NCBI GenBank assembly: GCA_037131105.1
Contig: JBAXRQ010000001.1
Location: 194,039 to 258,038 of the forward strand
DNA length: 64,000 bases
Reading direction: 5' to 3'
DNA from: a bacterium
Lineage (GTDB): Bacteria > Patescibacteriota > UBA1384 > CAILIB01
Shown here: one piece after another, positions 20,103-29,159 of the stretch
How positions within the stretch are numbered: position 1 is the stretch's first letter
How the letters are laid out: every line of letters begins with the position of its first letter
The notes under the pieces: generated by a model
Database searches by the model: none
What the model was told of the DNA's origin: nothing
Seen by the model: the letters and a program-made list of their open reading frames with translations, nothing else
Position numbers and translations under genes: made by a program

Positions 20103-20220
20103 TCCGTCTTTAAAGGCAGGCTGTATTCTTCCATGATATTTCCGGAACTTTTCCGGATCTTTTTTTGAATGGTTTTGAGGCTCCCAGTGTAGTTATATTG
20201 AGGCAACAAAGCCTGACCTA

Positions 20221-20466
20221 ATGACTATTACCATGGATCCTTTTAGAACGAGCAACCTGCCTCTAGCTACCTGCCTTAGCCTTTATTACCCAGTAAGCAC
20301 AATAGACAGATCTGAACCTCGCGCCGTCTTCTACTTTGAGCGTGGAGAAGGCATGGATGACCTTGTCCAGATGTTTCACGCGCGGACTATGGCTGTTGAG
20401 CCGCAGGCCTATGCCGACGCGATGAGATCGCTTAAAGCCCGCCTGTATGCAAGGGAGGACCCTTGA
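20221..20466 (+). CDS. hypothetical small protein
   Basis: ORF only. Confidence 0.25.
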   Translation: MTITMDPFRTSNLPLATCLSLYYPVSTIDRSEPRAVFYFERGEGMDDLVQMFHARTMAVEPQAYADAMRSLKARLYAREDP

Positions 20467-20626
20467 TCTCCAAAGATGCGGCCTTACAGCTCAAGGTAAT
20501 TCTTGAGGAGGACTTTGATATAGCAGTGACATTGGAAGAGGCAACTTCTCTGGCAACTCTGTGGATCGGATATTTCGACCTTCTTAAGAGTAGCGGGGAA
20601 TCTACCGGTTCGTAACAGCATAAGGT

Positions 20627-20938
20627 ATGAATATGACCATAAATCGCAGCAAGAAGGGCGGAGGTACTAGGACGGATAAGCAAGGGCGGAAAGCTGGAAA
20701 GTTCAGAATCCTTATCAGTTGGGTCGGGGAAAGTGGCGTTCCTGAGCGCAGGCAGACCGACAATATTTCCAAAGCCCAGAATTGTCTAAGGGGCATAAGG
20801 AGAGGGCCAATAAAGGTGGCGTGCTCTTTCGTGAGTGCAGATAATACTGGGGTGTTTCCGACCAGGGAGTCTGCGCGTCATTTCCTTCAGAACAACTGGC
20901 AGGATTATCAGATATGGAGGAAGGATGGTGATGATTGA
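20627..20938 (+). CDS. hypothetical small basic protein
   Basis: ORF only. Confidence 0.25.
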   Translation: MNMTINRSKKGGGTRTDKQGRKAGKFRILISWVGESGVPERRQTDNISKAQNCLRGIRRGPIKVACSFVSADNTGVFPTRESARHFLQNNWQDYQIWRKDGDD

Positions 20939-21254
20939 TCCTGCAAAGTGCGAGATCGAGCTACGTCCAAAGGATGGGCAGGGCGCTCTTTTGGCCCTGG
21001 TATCCTTTACCCAGGACGGAACAAAGCTACGGGGATTCAGACTCAAGGACGGACCTTACGGCCTTTGGTTGGAAGAGCCAAAGATTAGGACCGGCAAGGG
21101 CTGGATCTCCATATACTTTGATGAGGACAAGGCCCGGTTCAAGGCCCTCCAAGATGCTGTTGTCGCACAGTACCAGAGGCAGAATATCGGCAGAGAAGGA
21201 ATGACGCTCAGTGAACTTGAGGAGGTGGAGAAGATCATGGAACAGCCATTCTAA
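20925..21254 (+). CDS. hypothetical protein
   Basis: ATG at 20925 preceded by GGAGGAAGG RBS. Confidence 0.4.
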   Translation: MVMIDPAKCEIELRPKDGQGALLALVSFTQDGTKLRGFRLKDGPYGLWLEEPKIRTGKGWISIYFDEDKARFKALQDAVVAQYQRQNIGREGMTLSELEEVEKIMEQPF

Positions 21255-21267
21255 GTGCCAGATCACA

Positions 21268-21313
21268 CCATATAGTAACTGTTACTATATGGTAACCGTA
21301 AATATATGGTTAC
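21268..21313. repeat. two adjacent perfect palindromes (ccatatagtaac-t-gttactatatgg; gtaacc-N10-ggttac) upstream of the recombinase gene
   Basis: Direct reading; 12-bp arms. Confidence 0.7.
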
Positions 21314-21410
21314 AGTGACCCTTCCTTTTAACAAGTGACTATGGGTGGTAAAGTTAGGGTGCTACCCAATCCGACAATACCAAGAGCTATTTGTTTGCTT
21401 GCTGCCTGAG

Positions 21411-21465
21411 AGGGCGGTTCAGCCAGAAAGCTATGCTCTTGCGTAGTCGGACTGGGTAGCCTGAA
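21411..21465. repeat. 12-bp inverted repeat agggcggttcag / ctgaaccgccct flanking a ~28-nt spacer, followed by TTTT (terminator or recombination site)
   Basis: Direct reading; 25 nt upstream of the recombinase start. Confidence 0.55.
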
Positions 21466-21489
21466 CCGCCCTTTTAGTAACCCTAAACT

Positions 21490-23061
21490 ATGAAAGCAGT
21501 GCTATTGTGTCGTGTCTCAAGCAGAGATCAGGAACTAAGCGGATACTCTCTTCCCGCTCAGGAGAAGCTCCTTTCTCAGTATGCAGAGAACAAGGGACTA
21601 AAGGTGGACAAGGTGTATGCAATATCGGAGTCGGCAAGTGGTAGCAGCACTAGAAAGACGTTCAATGAGATGATGTCCTATATCCAGAAGGAAAAGGTGG
21701 GGTGTATCATTGCCGAGAAAGTCGACCGACTGACCCGTGAACTTAAGACGGCGGTCGCAATGAATGAGTGGTTAGAGGGAGACGACGGGCGTCAGCTCCA
21801 TCTGGTTAAGGATTCCCTGATCCTCCACAAGAACTCCCGAAGCCAGGAGAAGTTAAACTGGGGACTTCGGGTTATTCTTGCTAAGAACTACACGGACAAC
21901 CTTTCGGAGGAAGTCAGAAAGGGCTGGCAGGAGAAGATATCGCAGGGCTGGTATCCGGGTCATGCAAAGTTCGGGTATCGGTCTGTGGATGAGGGCCGAC
22001 GCAAGGTTATCGAGGTGGACCCGGTAACGGCACAGTGGGTGGTTAAGATGTTCGAAGCATATGGAAGCGGAGAGTACTCGCTTAAGTCCCTTGAGCAGAA
22101 GCTGTTTGCAGAGGGCCTCAGAACGATGCGTGGCAAGAAGGTCTCTGACACCAATATCAGGACCTATCTATCTGACAAATTCTACATCGGGAAGTTTGAC
22201 TGGTGTGGAGTCACGTACGAAGGCAAGCACCGTCCGATCATCAGTAGGAGTACGTTTGAGTTTGTCCAGGCCCGACTTGCGGGAAAGAAGCCGCCGAAGC
22301 ACTCCAAGCACGAGCACCTGTTTGGCGGGACATTCATGTGCGGATATTGCCAGGGCACCATAAGCTGGGAGGCACACAAAGGATTCAAATACGGTCACTG
22401 CAACCATCACAGGGAGTGCCCCTCAAAGAAGTGGGCTCGTGAGGACGAGGTGGACGAGGTTGTTGCTACTATATTTGGCAGGCTAGTTGTTTCAAGCCCT
22501 AGGCTCCAAGCCTGGCTAAGCAGGTCCTTAAAGGAGGTGCATAGGGAGGACGAGGATACACGTACCTCAGATCTAGTAATTCTCAACAAGCGACACGACC
22601 AAGTCTGCGCCATGATCGACAGGCTTTATGACGACAAGTTAGAAGGGCTTATTGACCGTGATATGTATGATAGAAAGTTCAAGCAGCTTGCAGAAGAGAA
22701 AGAAGGGCTGGCAAGCTCGATTCACGAGAAGTCCACGATGGGAACAGAGGCCACTGCACGAGCCGCAGAAGTATTCGATATCTTCCAGCAGGGTGAGCTG
22801 ATATATCGCAAGTCAAACGTGGCTACGAAACGAAAGATGGTACGTACTGTGTTTGAGGTCCTGGAGATCAGGGATAAGCAGGTCTCAGTAAGGTTTCGTC
22901 CTGAGTTTGAGGTACTTGCTAAGGCCGTGCTGCACACCAATGGTTCGAAGGTGGAGGATTTAGAGCCGTGTAGGGATAATATTTTCGAACTTGATAAAGT
23001 AGGCTCCTATAAAAAAGAAATAGGCACACTAGTGCCTACTTACTCTTCTTGGCGGGAGTGA
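21490..23061 (+). CDS. large serine recombinase (resolvase N-domain + recombinase domain + zinc-ribbon + coiled coil)
   Basis: N-terminal ...CRVSSRDQ catalytic Ser region; central recombinase domain; C4 zinc ribbon FMCGYCQGT...YGHCNHH; stop overlaps the tRNA-Asp 3' end. Confidence 0.85.
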   Translation: MKAVLLCRVSSRDQELSGYSLPAQEKLLSQYAENKGLKVDKVYAISESASGSSTRKTFNEMMSYIQKEKVGCIIAEKVDRLTRELKTAVAMNEWLEGDDGRQLHLVKDSLILHKNSRSQEKLNWGLRVILAKNYTDNLSEEVRKGWQEKISQGWYPGHAKFGYRSVDEGRRKVIEVDPVTAQWVVKMFEAYGSGEYSLKSLEQKLFAEGLRTMRGKKVSDTNIRTYLSDKFYIGKFDWCGVTYEGKHRPIISRSTFEFVQARLAGKKPPKHSKHEHLFGGTFMCGYCQGTISWEAHKGFKYGHCNHHRECPSKKWAREDEVDEVVATIFGRLVVSSPRLQAWLSRSLKEVHREDEDTRTSDLVILNKRHDQVCAMIDRLYDDKLEGLIDRDMYDRKFKQLAEEKEGLASSIHEKSTMGTEATARAAEVFDIFQQGELIYRKSNVATKRKMVRTVFEVLEIRDKQVSVRFRPEFEVLAKAVLHTNGSKVEDLEPCRDNIFELDKVGSYKKEIGTLVPTYSSWRE

Positions 23062-23126
23062 CCGGGTTCGAACCGGCGACCTCCACAGTGACAGTGTGGC
23101 GCTCTAACCAGCTGAGCTACACCCCC
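23050..23126 (-). tRNA. tRNA-Asp (anticodon GTC)
   Basis: Hand-folded cloverleaf: acceptor GGGGGTG/CACTCCC, D-arm GCTCAGCTGGTTAGAGC, anticodon loop CTGTCAC, T-arm GCCGGTTCGAACCCGGT, encoded CCA. Confidence 0.8.
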
Positions 23127-23195
23127 GCGCTTCAACCACTATAGCCGAAAGCTGGCCCCAGGTCTAGATCCTCCGTCCGATGTGCCCGTAGCTTG

Positions 23196-24113
23196 CTACG
23201 ACCCCACATAGGTTCGGATGTGGCCGTCCTTGTGCAGCTTGGCTAGGTAGTCGTCTAGACTAAGATCTACGCTTCCCGTCCGCTTGGTGATCAGGAGTAG
23301 GTGCCAGCCCAGCTTGCTGCGCACCGGGTCGGACACCTGTCCCACCGGTAGGCTAAAGATTGCTTTCTCAAAGTCGGCTGAGAATGTCGTGCTGACATCC
23401 CCGCGGGTAGTGGTGCCTAGGTTACCACCCTTGTCTCGTGAGGCGGTATCCTCTGAGTGCTGCTTGACTGCGTCTCCAAAGCTGGCGGCATCGCTTATCT
23501 TTGAGCGTACGTCGCTGGCACGGGCTTTGGCGGCATTGACGTCAGCTTCAGAAGCTCCAGCTGGAACTGCAATGAGCAGGTGCTTTACATCTGCCTGTAC
23601 CAGGAGCTGCTTCTCGACGGCAGATTCGGCCAGGTATTCGCGTGTCAGTAGGCGGAAGTCGGCTAGATCCATCTGGTCGCCATACTGGTCAGTAAGAAAC
23701 TTTTCAAGATTAGCCTGTCCGCCGATCTGTTTGTACACGTTGTTAAGAGAAGTGTCGACATCAGAATCGGTGATGACGATGGTATGTGAAGTCAGGGCCT
23801 GTTGGTAAAGCTGGCCGTTGACCAGGCGCTCCATGACGCTTTTCTGGATAGCGGCATCAGTGGTATTCAGTTTGTTCTTTGCGACCAGATTCTTGCGGGC
23901 TGCCACTTCCTTGCGGTAACGCGACAGCGGGATCATGGTGCCGTTCACGTAGCCAGCTGGGTACGGAAAGATCCGCTCTATTGTAGTAGTCCACCGGTTG
24001 GTGGCATGGTAATGGCATATAGCCACGGCGGTACCTCCTATGGTTAGGAAGTAGAGGCAGCTCAAGGCGACGGCGATGATCCCTCCTTGGACCAGGATCC
24101 GGCGGGCGTACAT
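23196..24113 (-). CDS. parvulin-type peptidyl-prolyl isomerase (PrsA/SurA-like foldase), membrane-anchored
   Basis: N-terminal TM; PpiC domain motifs VKHLLIAV...GGNLG...GWHLL. Confidence 0.6.
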   Translation of the reverse strand: MYARRILVQGGIIAVALSCLYFLTIGGTAVAICHYHATNRWTTTIERIFPYPAGYVNGTMIPLSRYRKEVAARKNLVAKNKLNTTDAAIQKSVMERLVNGQLYQQALTSHTIVITDSDVDTSLNNVYKQIGGQANLEKFLTDQYGDQMDLADFRLLTREYLAESAVEKQLLVQADVKHLLIAVPAGASEADVNAAKARASDVRSKISDAASFGDAVKQHSEDTASRDKGGNLGTTTRGDVSTTFSADFEKAIFSLPVGQVSDPVRSKLGWHLLLITKRTGSVDLSLDDYLAKLHKDGHIRTYVGS

Positions 24114-24122
24114 GTGTGGGGG

Positions 24123-25544
24123 TTAGCTCTTGGAGCTGGCTACGTAGAGAACTTCGAAATTACTACCTGAAGAGAGAGGGGAGCCACTCTGTGAGGTGGT
24201 ATTGAAGAAGTTGGAAAGGTAATTGTGAGAAAACGGCTTGTTTCCGTTGGTATCGTAGAGGGCAGTCTGCCGGATGCTACCGCGGTATGGGGTGGTAGAA
24301 AGGCTGGCCTTGTATCCGTAGGTGCTTAGGGTGGTTACCAAGGCTTGGGCCTGCTTGACGGTAGTGCTTCCAGCTGGTGTCACGCTGATGGTCGCAGCTT
24401 CTTTGGCGATAAAGGGATCCGGGTTATTCTTCTGGAACCAGGTATGGATGGCGGAGTAGTTGCTCAGCCCCAAGACCGGATAGGAGATGTAACCGGCAGC
24501 GGTACCGGAACCGCTAGTGAGCAGACCTAGGGAGTCGGTGGTATCCAGGACACTGGTAGTGGTCTGGCTGGCGGGGATGTCTTTGTAGATACCCATGGCC
24601 TTCTGGATGTCCCCAGCCTGCATGTCGGTCCTGATGTGCTTGCCGAGGGTGGTAATGATGTTGGTCAGTTTGACTGGATTGGAAAGGGTGCCAAGCGAGA
24701 GGCCCTTCTGCTTGAGGGCGGCGATGACCAGTTGCTGCCGAGCAGAGCGGTCAAAGTCGCTGGTCGTCTCACGGGAGCGTGCATAGCGCAATGCGGTGGT
24801 ACCGTTCATGTGCTGCAGGCCGGCTGAAATATGGAAGGGACTGTAGCCGACGGTATTGTCATCAGGGAAGAACGGGTCAGTAATGGCCTTGGGTACGTTG
24901 ACGTCGATCCCACCCAGGGTATCTACCAGCTCCTTGGCTCCTGAGAAGTCAAGCAAGATGAAGTTTGAGACGTTGACGCCGAGTACGTTGCCTACAACCT
25001 GTCTTAGCAGATAGCCACCGTTTCCAGCCTTGGTCTGCTCGCCATCTCCGTATGCCTCGTTGATCTTGTGGGAGCCGAAACCGGGAATATTGACGTACAA
25101 GTCTCGGGGTATGGAGGTAATGCCCACCTTCTTGTTGATGGTGTCGATGGAAAGGACCTGGATAGAGTCGGTAAGTAGGGCGCCGGGATGGCCATCTCCG
25201 CCGATGCCTACCATTACCACATTGAAACGTCCGTCACCTGCCTGCTTGAACTGGCTGGCGCTAAGAGAAGAAAGTGACTGGCTGGGGTCGTAGGAAAGGA
25301 TGGAAGAACTGTCGCCCTGATGCTCGATGATGATCTCGCTTCTTACCCCGTTAAAGTAGGCATAGGCGTAGGTACCGCCTCCTGCAAGAAGTAGGAGAAG
25401 CGAGAGAGCAAACATGCGCCGCCAGGTAATGCGTGTGCGTTTTTTCTTGATAGGAGGCATGGCCATGACTCGCGGCAGAGGCCTGCGAACCTGATTGGCA
25501 CTATAAGGAGAGCTCTTGGAGTTGACGGGGGTCGGGTTGATCAT
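24123..25544 (-). CDS. LytR-CpsA-Psr (LCP) family cell-envelope phosphotransferase
   Basis: N-terminal TM and LCP core pattern (VMVGIGGDGH...TDSIQVLSID...SIPRDLYV...GFGSHKINEAY). Confidence 0.75.
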   Translation of the reverse strand: MINPTPVNSKSSPYSANQVRRPLPRVMAMPPIKKKRTRITWRRMFALSLLLLLAGGGTYAYAYFNGVRSEIIIEHQGDSSSILSYDPSQSLSSLSASQFKQAGDGRFNVVMVGIGGDGHPGALLTDSIQVLSIDTINKKVGITSIPRDLYVNIPGFGSHKINEAYGDGEQTKAGNGGYLLRQVVGNVLGVNVSNFILLDFSGAKELVDTLGGIDVNVPKAITDPFFPDDNTVGYSPFHISAGLQHMNGTTALRYARSRETTSDFDRSARQQLVIAALKQKGLSLGTLSNPVKLTNIITTLGKHIRTDMQAGDIQKAMGIYKDIPASQTTTSVLDTTDSLGLLTSGSGTAAGYISYPVLGLSNYSAIHTWFQKNNPDPFIAKEAATISVTPAGSTTVKQAQALVTTLSTYGYKASLSTTPYRGSIRQTALYDTNGNKPFSHNYLSNFFNTTSQSGSPLSSGSNFEVLYVASSKS

Positions 25545-25621
25545 GCCCCCTCACTATATCGGGAAACGGCCATTTATTCAATCCAATTAGGTCTGGGTTC
25601 TCCGGCAGTGGTTGGGAATAG

Positions 25622-25744
25622 TTTTGAGACGTATCCCGAATTAATCCTATAGGGGGTGAAATACTTTTGAGACGTATCCCGGAGGGATACAGGTATATGG
25701 AGATTTCCTTGAGTCGATCAGTATTTCACCCCCTATAGGATTAA
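25622..25744. repeat. structured intergenic repeat element, copy 1 (core flanked by a 24-bp inverted repeat) plus a truncated copy of the core 5' end
   Basis: Core ttttgagacgtatcccggagggatac...ttgagtcgatcag also at 36259-36312; flanking IR ttaatcctatagggggtgaaatac / gtatttcaccccctataggattaa; truncated copy ttttgagacgtatcccg at 25622-25638. Confidence 0.75.
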
Positions 25745-26821
25745 TAGTGCATCGCCGAACGAGAAGAACCGGTAGCGTTCTTTGATAGCCTCAGCGTAGA
25801 TGGTATGGAGCTGGGCAAGCATTGCCGACTCTGAGTCGACCACTCCCTTTCCTGGCCTGTTACCTAGGAACGCAGCTACCAGAAGTAGGAGTGAAGACTT
25901 GGGAAGGTGGAAGTTGGTGAGCAAAGCGTCTACTGCCTGAAAGCGATAGCCGGGATAGATGAACATATCAGTCTGGCTCCAGCCGGTCGTAATGTGATTC
26001 CCGGTTTCTATACGAGACTCGAGAGTACGGGTAGAAGTGGTCCCAACGGCCAACAGGGGGCGTCCCAAGCTGCGAGCAGCTTCAATCTCGGCGCCAGTAC
26101 CGGGACTGATATAGGTGGCTTCGTTGTGGAGTATATTTTCTTCGACTACTTCCTTGCGAAGCGGAAGGAAGGTGCCGATACCTACGTTCAGGGTTACTTC
26201 CGACCAGCTATGGCCTGCCTTTTCCAGTCTGGAAATGAGGCCAGGGGTGAAGTGCAGACCGGCAGTGGGGGCGGCTGCCGAACCTATCTCACCGGCAAAA
26301 ACCGTCTGGTACTGGTCAGAACGGGCCTGGGAGGTGGTTATGTAGGGAGGCAGGGGTACCTCTCCGAAGCGGGCAAAGACCTCCTCGAATGGCAGTTCTG
26401 ACGTAAGGCGGAGTAGAAAAGTGGTCATGGCCTCCTGCTCATCTCGTCCGACGATCTCAGCTTCCAACGGTATTTCAGTCGTTTCTTCCTTTCCTACCTG
26501 GAATCTCAGAAGATCTCTCCTCTGTAGGCCTTTGCCACGTAGGAGACAGCGGTAGGTGTCGGGACCTTCGGCGTTCAGGAAGAGTACCTCTACAGTCTTG
26601 CTCTGGTGAGAGGCGTAGAGTCGGCAGTGCCGTACCCGGGTATTGTTTGCCACTATCAAGGTCTGCGGCGCGAGCAGCGAAGGTAGGTTAGCTACTGTGG
26701 CATGCGAGATGCTGGAATCCTCGCGACGAAATACCAACAGACGGGCCTGGTCACGAGGCTCGACAGGATTCTGGGCGATGAGCTCAGCAGGAAGCGAGAA
26801 GTCTATGTCAGACAGGCGCAT
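25733..26821 (-). CDS. queA: S-adenosylmethionine:tRNA ribosyltransferase-isomerase
   Basis: QueA family signature motifs incl. GEVPLPPYI, TVFAGEIGSAAAPTAGLHFT. Confidence 0.85.
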   Translation of the reverse strand: MRLSDIDFSLPAELIAQNPVEPRDQARLLVFRREDSSISHATVANLPSLLAPQTLIVANNTRVRHCRLYASHQSKTVEVLFLNAEGPDTYRCLLRGKGLQRRDLLRFQVGKEETTEIPLEAEIVGRDEQEAMTTFLLRLTSELPFEEVFARFGEVPLPPYITTSQARSDQYQTVFAGEIGSAAAPTAGLHFTPGLISRLEKAGHSWSEVTLNVGIGTFLPLRKEVVEENILHNEATYISPGTGAEIEAARSLGRPLLAVGTTSTRTLESRIETGNHITTGWSQTDMFIYPGYRFQAVDALLTNFHLPKSSLLLLVAAFLGNRPGKGVVDSESAMLAQLHTIYAEAIKERYRFFSFGDALLIL

Positions 26822-27545
26822 TGGTCGGTGGGGTCTCTTCTGGCTGTACCGGAATGGCAGGTTGAATCGGCTGGACAGGCTGCGCTGGCTGCTCTCTGCG
26901 GGCGGCCTCAGTATGGAGAAGTGCCCCGATCTCTTCTAGTCCGTCAGCGGTCTTGATCGGATGGTTGTTGATGACTCCGACTACGGGAGCCAAGGGGAAT
27001 CGCTTGTTAACCTCCAGGTTGTCCTCCACCTGCTGCTTGAGGTCAAGTACGATGGCGGCAACTTCGCGAGGAAGGTAGATGTTCTCAATCATGAAGTTGT
27101 CCTTGGCGCCGGCAGTCTGCACCTCGACCTGGCCGTAATTGAATACGGTCTGGAATAGTCCGACTTCTTCAGAAGAGACATCCTCAACGTTTTCTAGGTC
27201 AAGCTCGGATATGCGACGGAAGAAAAGCATCTCTTGGCTGATTTCGACCAGGCGGCGGTCGGTGACTATTAAGATGTCCAGATAGAAGTCGAAAACGGCA
27301 ATAAAGAACACTAGTAGGGTCGCGAGCTGGAAGAGTCCAAGAAAGATAATACCAGCGTTCATAGAGAAGGGCGAAAGAGGCGTCAGCAGCTGGTTCTTTA
27401 CCACGTACTCTCCGAAGAAGGAGAAGGCCAGAATGGCAATGAAGATGGCGGCGGTAGGAACAAAAGCCAACGGATAGGGACGAGCAAAGACAAAGACCGG
27501 CTCGTTAGGCTGCTGATCGGGAAAGGAATGGCGGAGGTCATTCAT
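26808..27545 (-). CDS. bacterial PH-domain (YdbS/YdbT-like) membrane protein
   Basis: Two TM segments followed by a bPH_2-like segment (DRRLVEISQ...); start trimmed to MNDLRHSF. Confidence 0.4.
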   Translation of the reverse strand: MNDLRHSFPDQQPNEPVFVFARPYPLAFVPTAAIFIAILAFSFFGEYVVKNQLLTPLSPFSMNAGIIFLGLFQLATLLVFFIAVFDFYLDILIVTDRRLVEISQEMLFFRRISELDLENVEDVSSEEVGLFQTVFNYGQVEVQTAGAKDNFMIENIYLPREVAAIVLDLKQQVEDNLEVNKRFPLAPVVGVINNHPIKTADGLEEIGALLHTEAARREQPAQPVQPIQPAIPVQPEETPPTNAPV

Positions 27546-27546
27546 A

Positions 27547-27789
27547 TCAGAAGCTTTCGGGGACGACCTGGACGCTGTTTGCTGACAGGGCGCTGGTGTC
27601 CAGCAGGCCAATGGTATAAAAAACCGTCAGGAAGAACAGGATGACGAACAGGGTGAGGAGGATTACAGTGTGGTCGCCCTTGAACCGGTAGCGCAGGAAA
27701 CTGAGGATCATAACCAGTCCCAGCATAGCCAGGAGCACCACTACGGCAAAGTAGATGACCATGATACTCATGCGATCATGATAGCCCAT
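27547..27789 (-). CDS. small 2-TM membrane protein
   Basis: 80-aa hydrophobic ORF. Confidence 0.3.
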   Translation of the reverse strand: MGYHDRMSIMVIYFAVVVLLAMLGLVMILSFLRYRFKGDHTVILLTLFVILFFLTVFYTIGLLDTSALSANSVQVVPESF

Positions 27790-28786
27790 CCACTGCGAGG
27801 TGCCTAGTGGCGGCCTCAGTGAGAATTCTGCCTCTGGGGGTCCGGTCTAGTAGCCCTAGGCGGAGCAGGAACGGCTCGATGACATCCTCAATGGTGGCAG
27901 CCTCTTCGCCAGTAGCTGCGGCGAGGGTGTCCAGGCCTACTGGACCGCCCGAAAACTGGGTATGCATGATGGTGAGTAACTGCCGGTCGGTCTTGTCGAG
28001 GCCCAAGTGGTCTATCTGCAGCTGCCGGAGGGCTAGTTCGACTTCCTCAATACCGATATGGTCGTGGTTTTTTACCAGGGCAAAGTCGCGCAGCCTGCGA
28101 AGAAGACGGTTGGCCACCCGGGGTGTACGGCGGGCGCGTCCAGCCAGGTGCAGGAGGGCCGGCTGGGTTATGTCCATATTAAGAAGCCTGCTGCTACGAT
28201 CCAGGATGGCGGCAAGGTCTTCTTCCTCATAGTAGTCTAGTCGGTGTAGTAGGCCGAACCTCTCACGTAACGGCTGGGAAAGGGCGCCTGCACGGGTAGT
28301 AGCTCCTACTAGCGTAAAGGCCGGCAGATCCAGGCGAAGACTTCTGGCGCTGGGACCTTTGCCGAGCATGATATCTAGGCAGCCGTCTTCCATTGCCGGG
28401 TAGAGGATCTCCTCAATACTTCGCTGCATGCGGTGGATCTCGTCAATGAACAGGATGTCGCCTTCTTGTAAGTTGGTAAGGATGGCGGCTAGGTCGCCGG
28501 CCTTTGAGATGACCGGTCCTGAGGTAGTGCGAAGGTTGCCACCCATTTCCTTGGCGATAAGGTGGGCGAGGGAGGTCTTGCCTAGACCGGGCGGTCCGTA
28601 CAGGAGGACATGATCAACGGTAGTGTGGCGTTTTTTGGCTGACTCGATGGCAATGCGCAGGCTCTCTTTTACGCTGGACTGGCCGACGTAATCAGAGAAG
28701 GAGTCAGGGCGCAAGGACCTCTCAAGAGGCTCCTCTTCGCTGCCCGTAATTGGTGATAGGAGGGAATCTTCGGGATTCATATGCAC
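27776..28786 (-). CDS. ruvB: Holliday junction branch migration helicase RuvB
   Basis: Walker A GPPGLGKTS, Walker B DEIHR, RuvB-specific sensor motifs. Confidence 0.9.
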   Translation of the reverse strand: MHMNPEDSLLSPITGSEEEPLERSLRPDSFSDYVGQSSVKESLRIAIESAKKRHTTVDHVLLYGPPGLGKTSLAHLIAKEMGGNLRTTSGPVISKAGDLAAILTNLQEGDILFIDEIHRMQRSIEEILYPAMEDGCLDIMLGKGPSARSLRLDLPAFTLVGATTRAGALSQPLRERFGLLHRLDYYEEEDLAAILDRSSRLLNMDITQPALLHLAGRARRTPRVANRLLRRLRDFALVKNHDHIGIEEVELALRQLQIDHLGLDKTDRQLLTIMHTQFSGGPVGLDTLAAATGEEAATIEDVIEPFLLRLGLLDRTPRGRILTEAATRHLAVDGLS

Positions 28787-29159
28787 ATAGTATCACAAAA
28801 CCTTCTTAGGCGTTCGTATGAAATAGTATGAAGTTTGGGTACAAACTGGAAAAGTTGTTTATGATAGTTGACATCGACTCGGACGGTTCCCTATGCTGAA
28901 TACGTTGACCCGCATTTTCCGTTTTATCTTGACAGGACTTATCTGCCTGGATGTATTTCAAGGAAGGGCCGAGTATCTGCCTGAGGCGTACTTAAGGGTA
29001 CGTTGAGGAAGGAACGGAGGACCTGACGAAGAAAGGCGACAAGCAGGAGAGTCCTGAATGACGTATGCACCTATGCTATGGCTAGCCTGACCAGCATGGG
29101 GAGTCACCAGGCACCAGCCCAAAGAGGGGGTACACCAAATAATCCGTTAACAGCACGTT

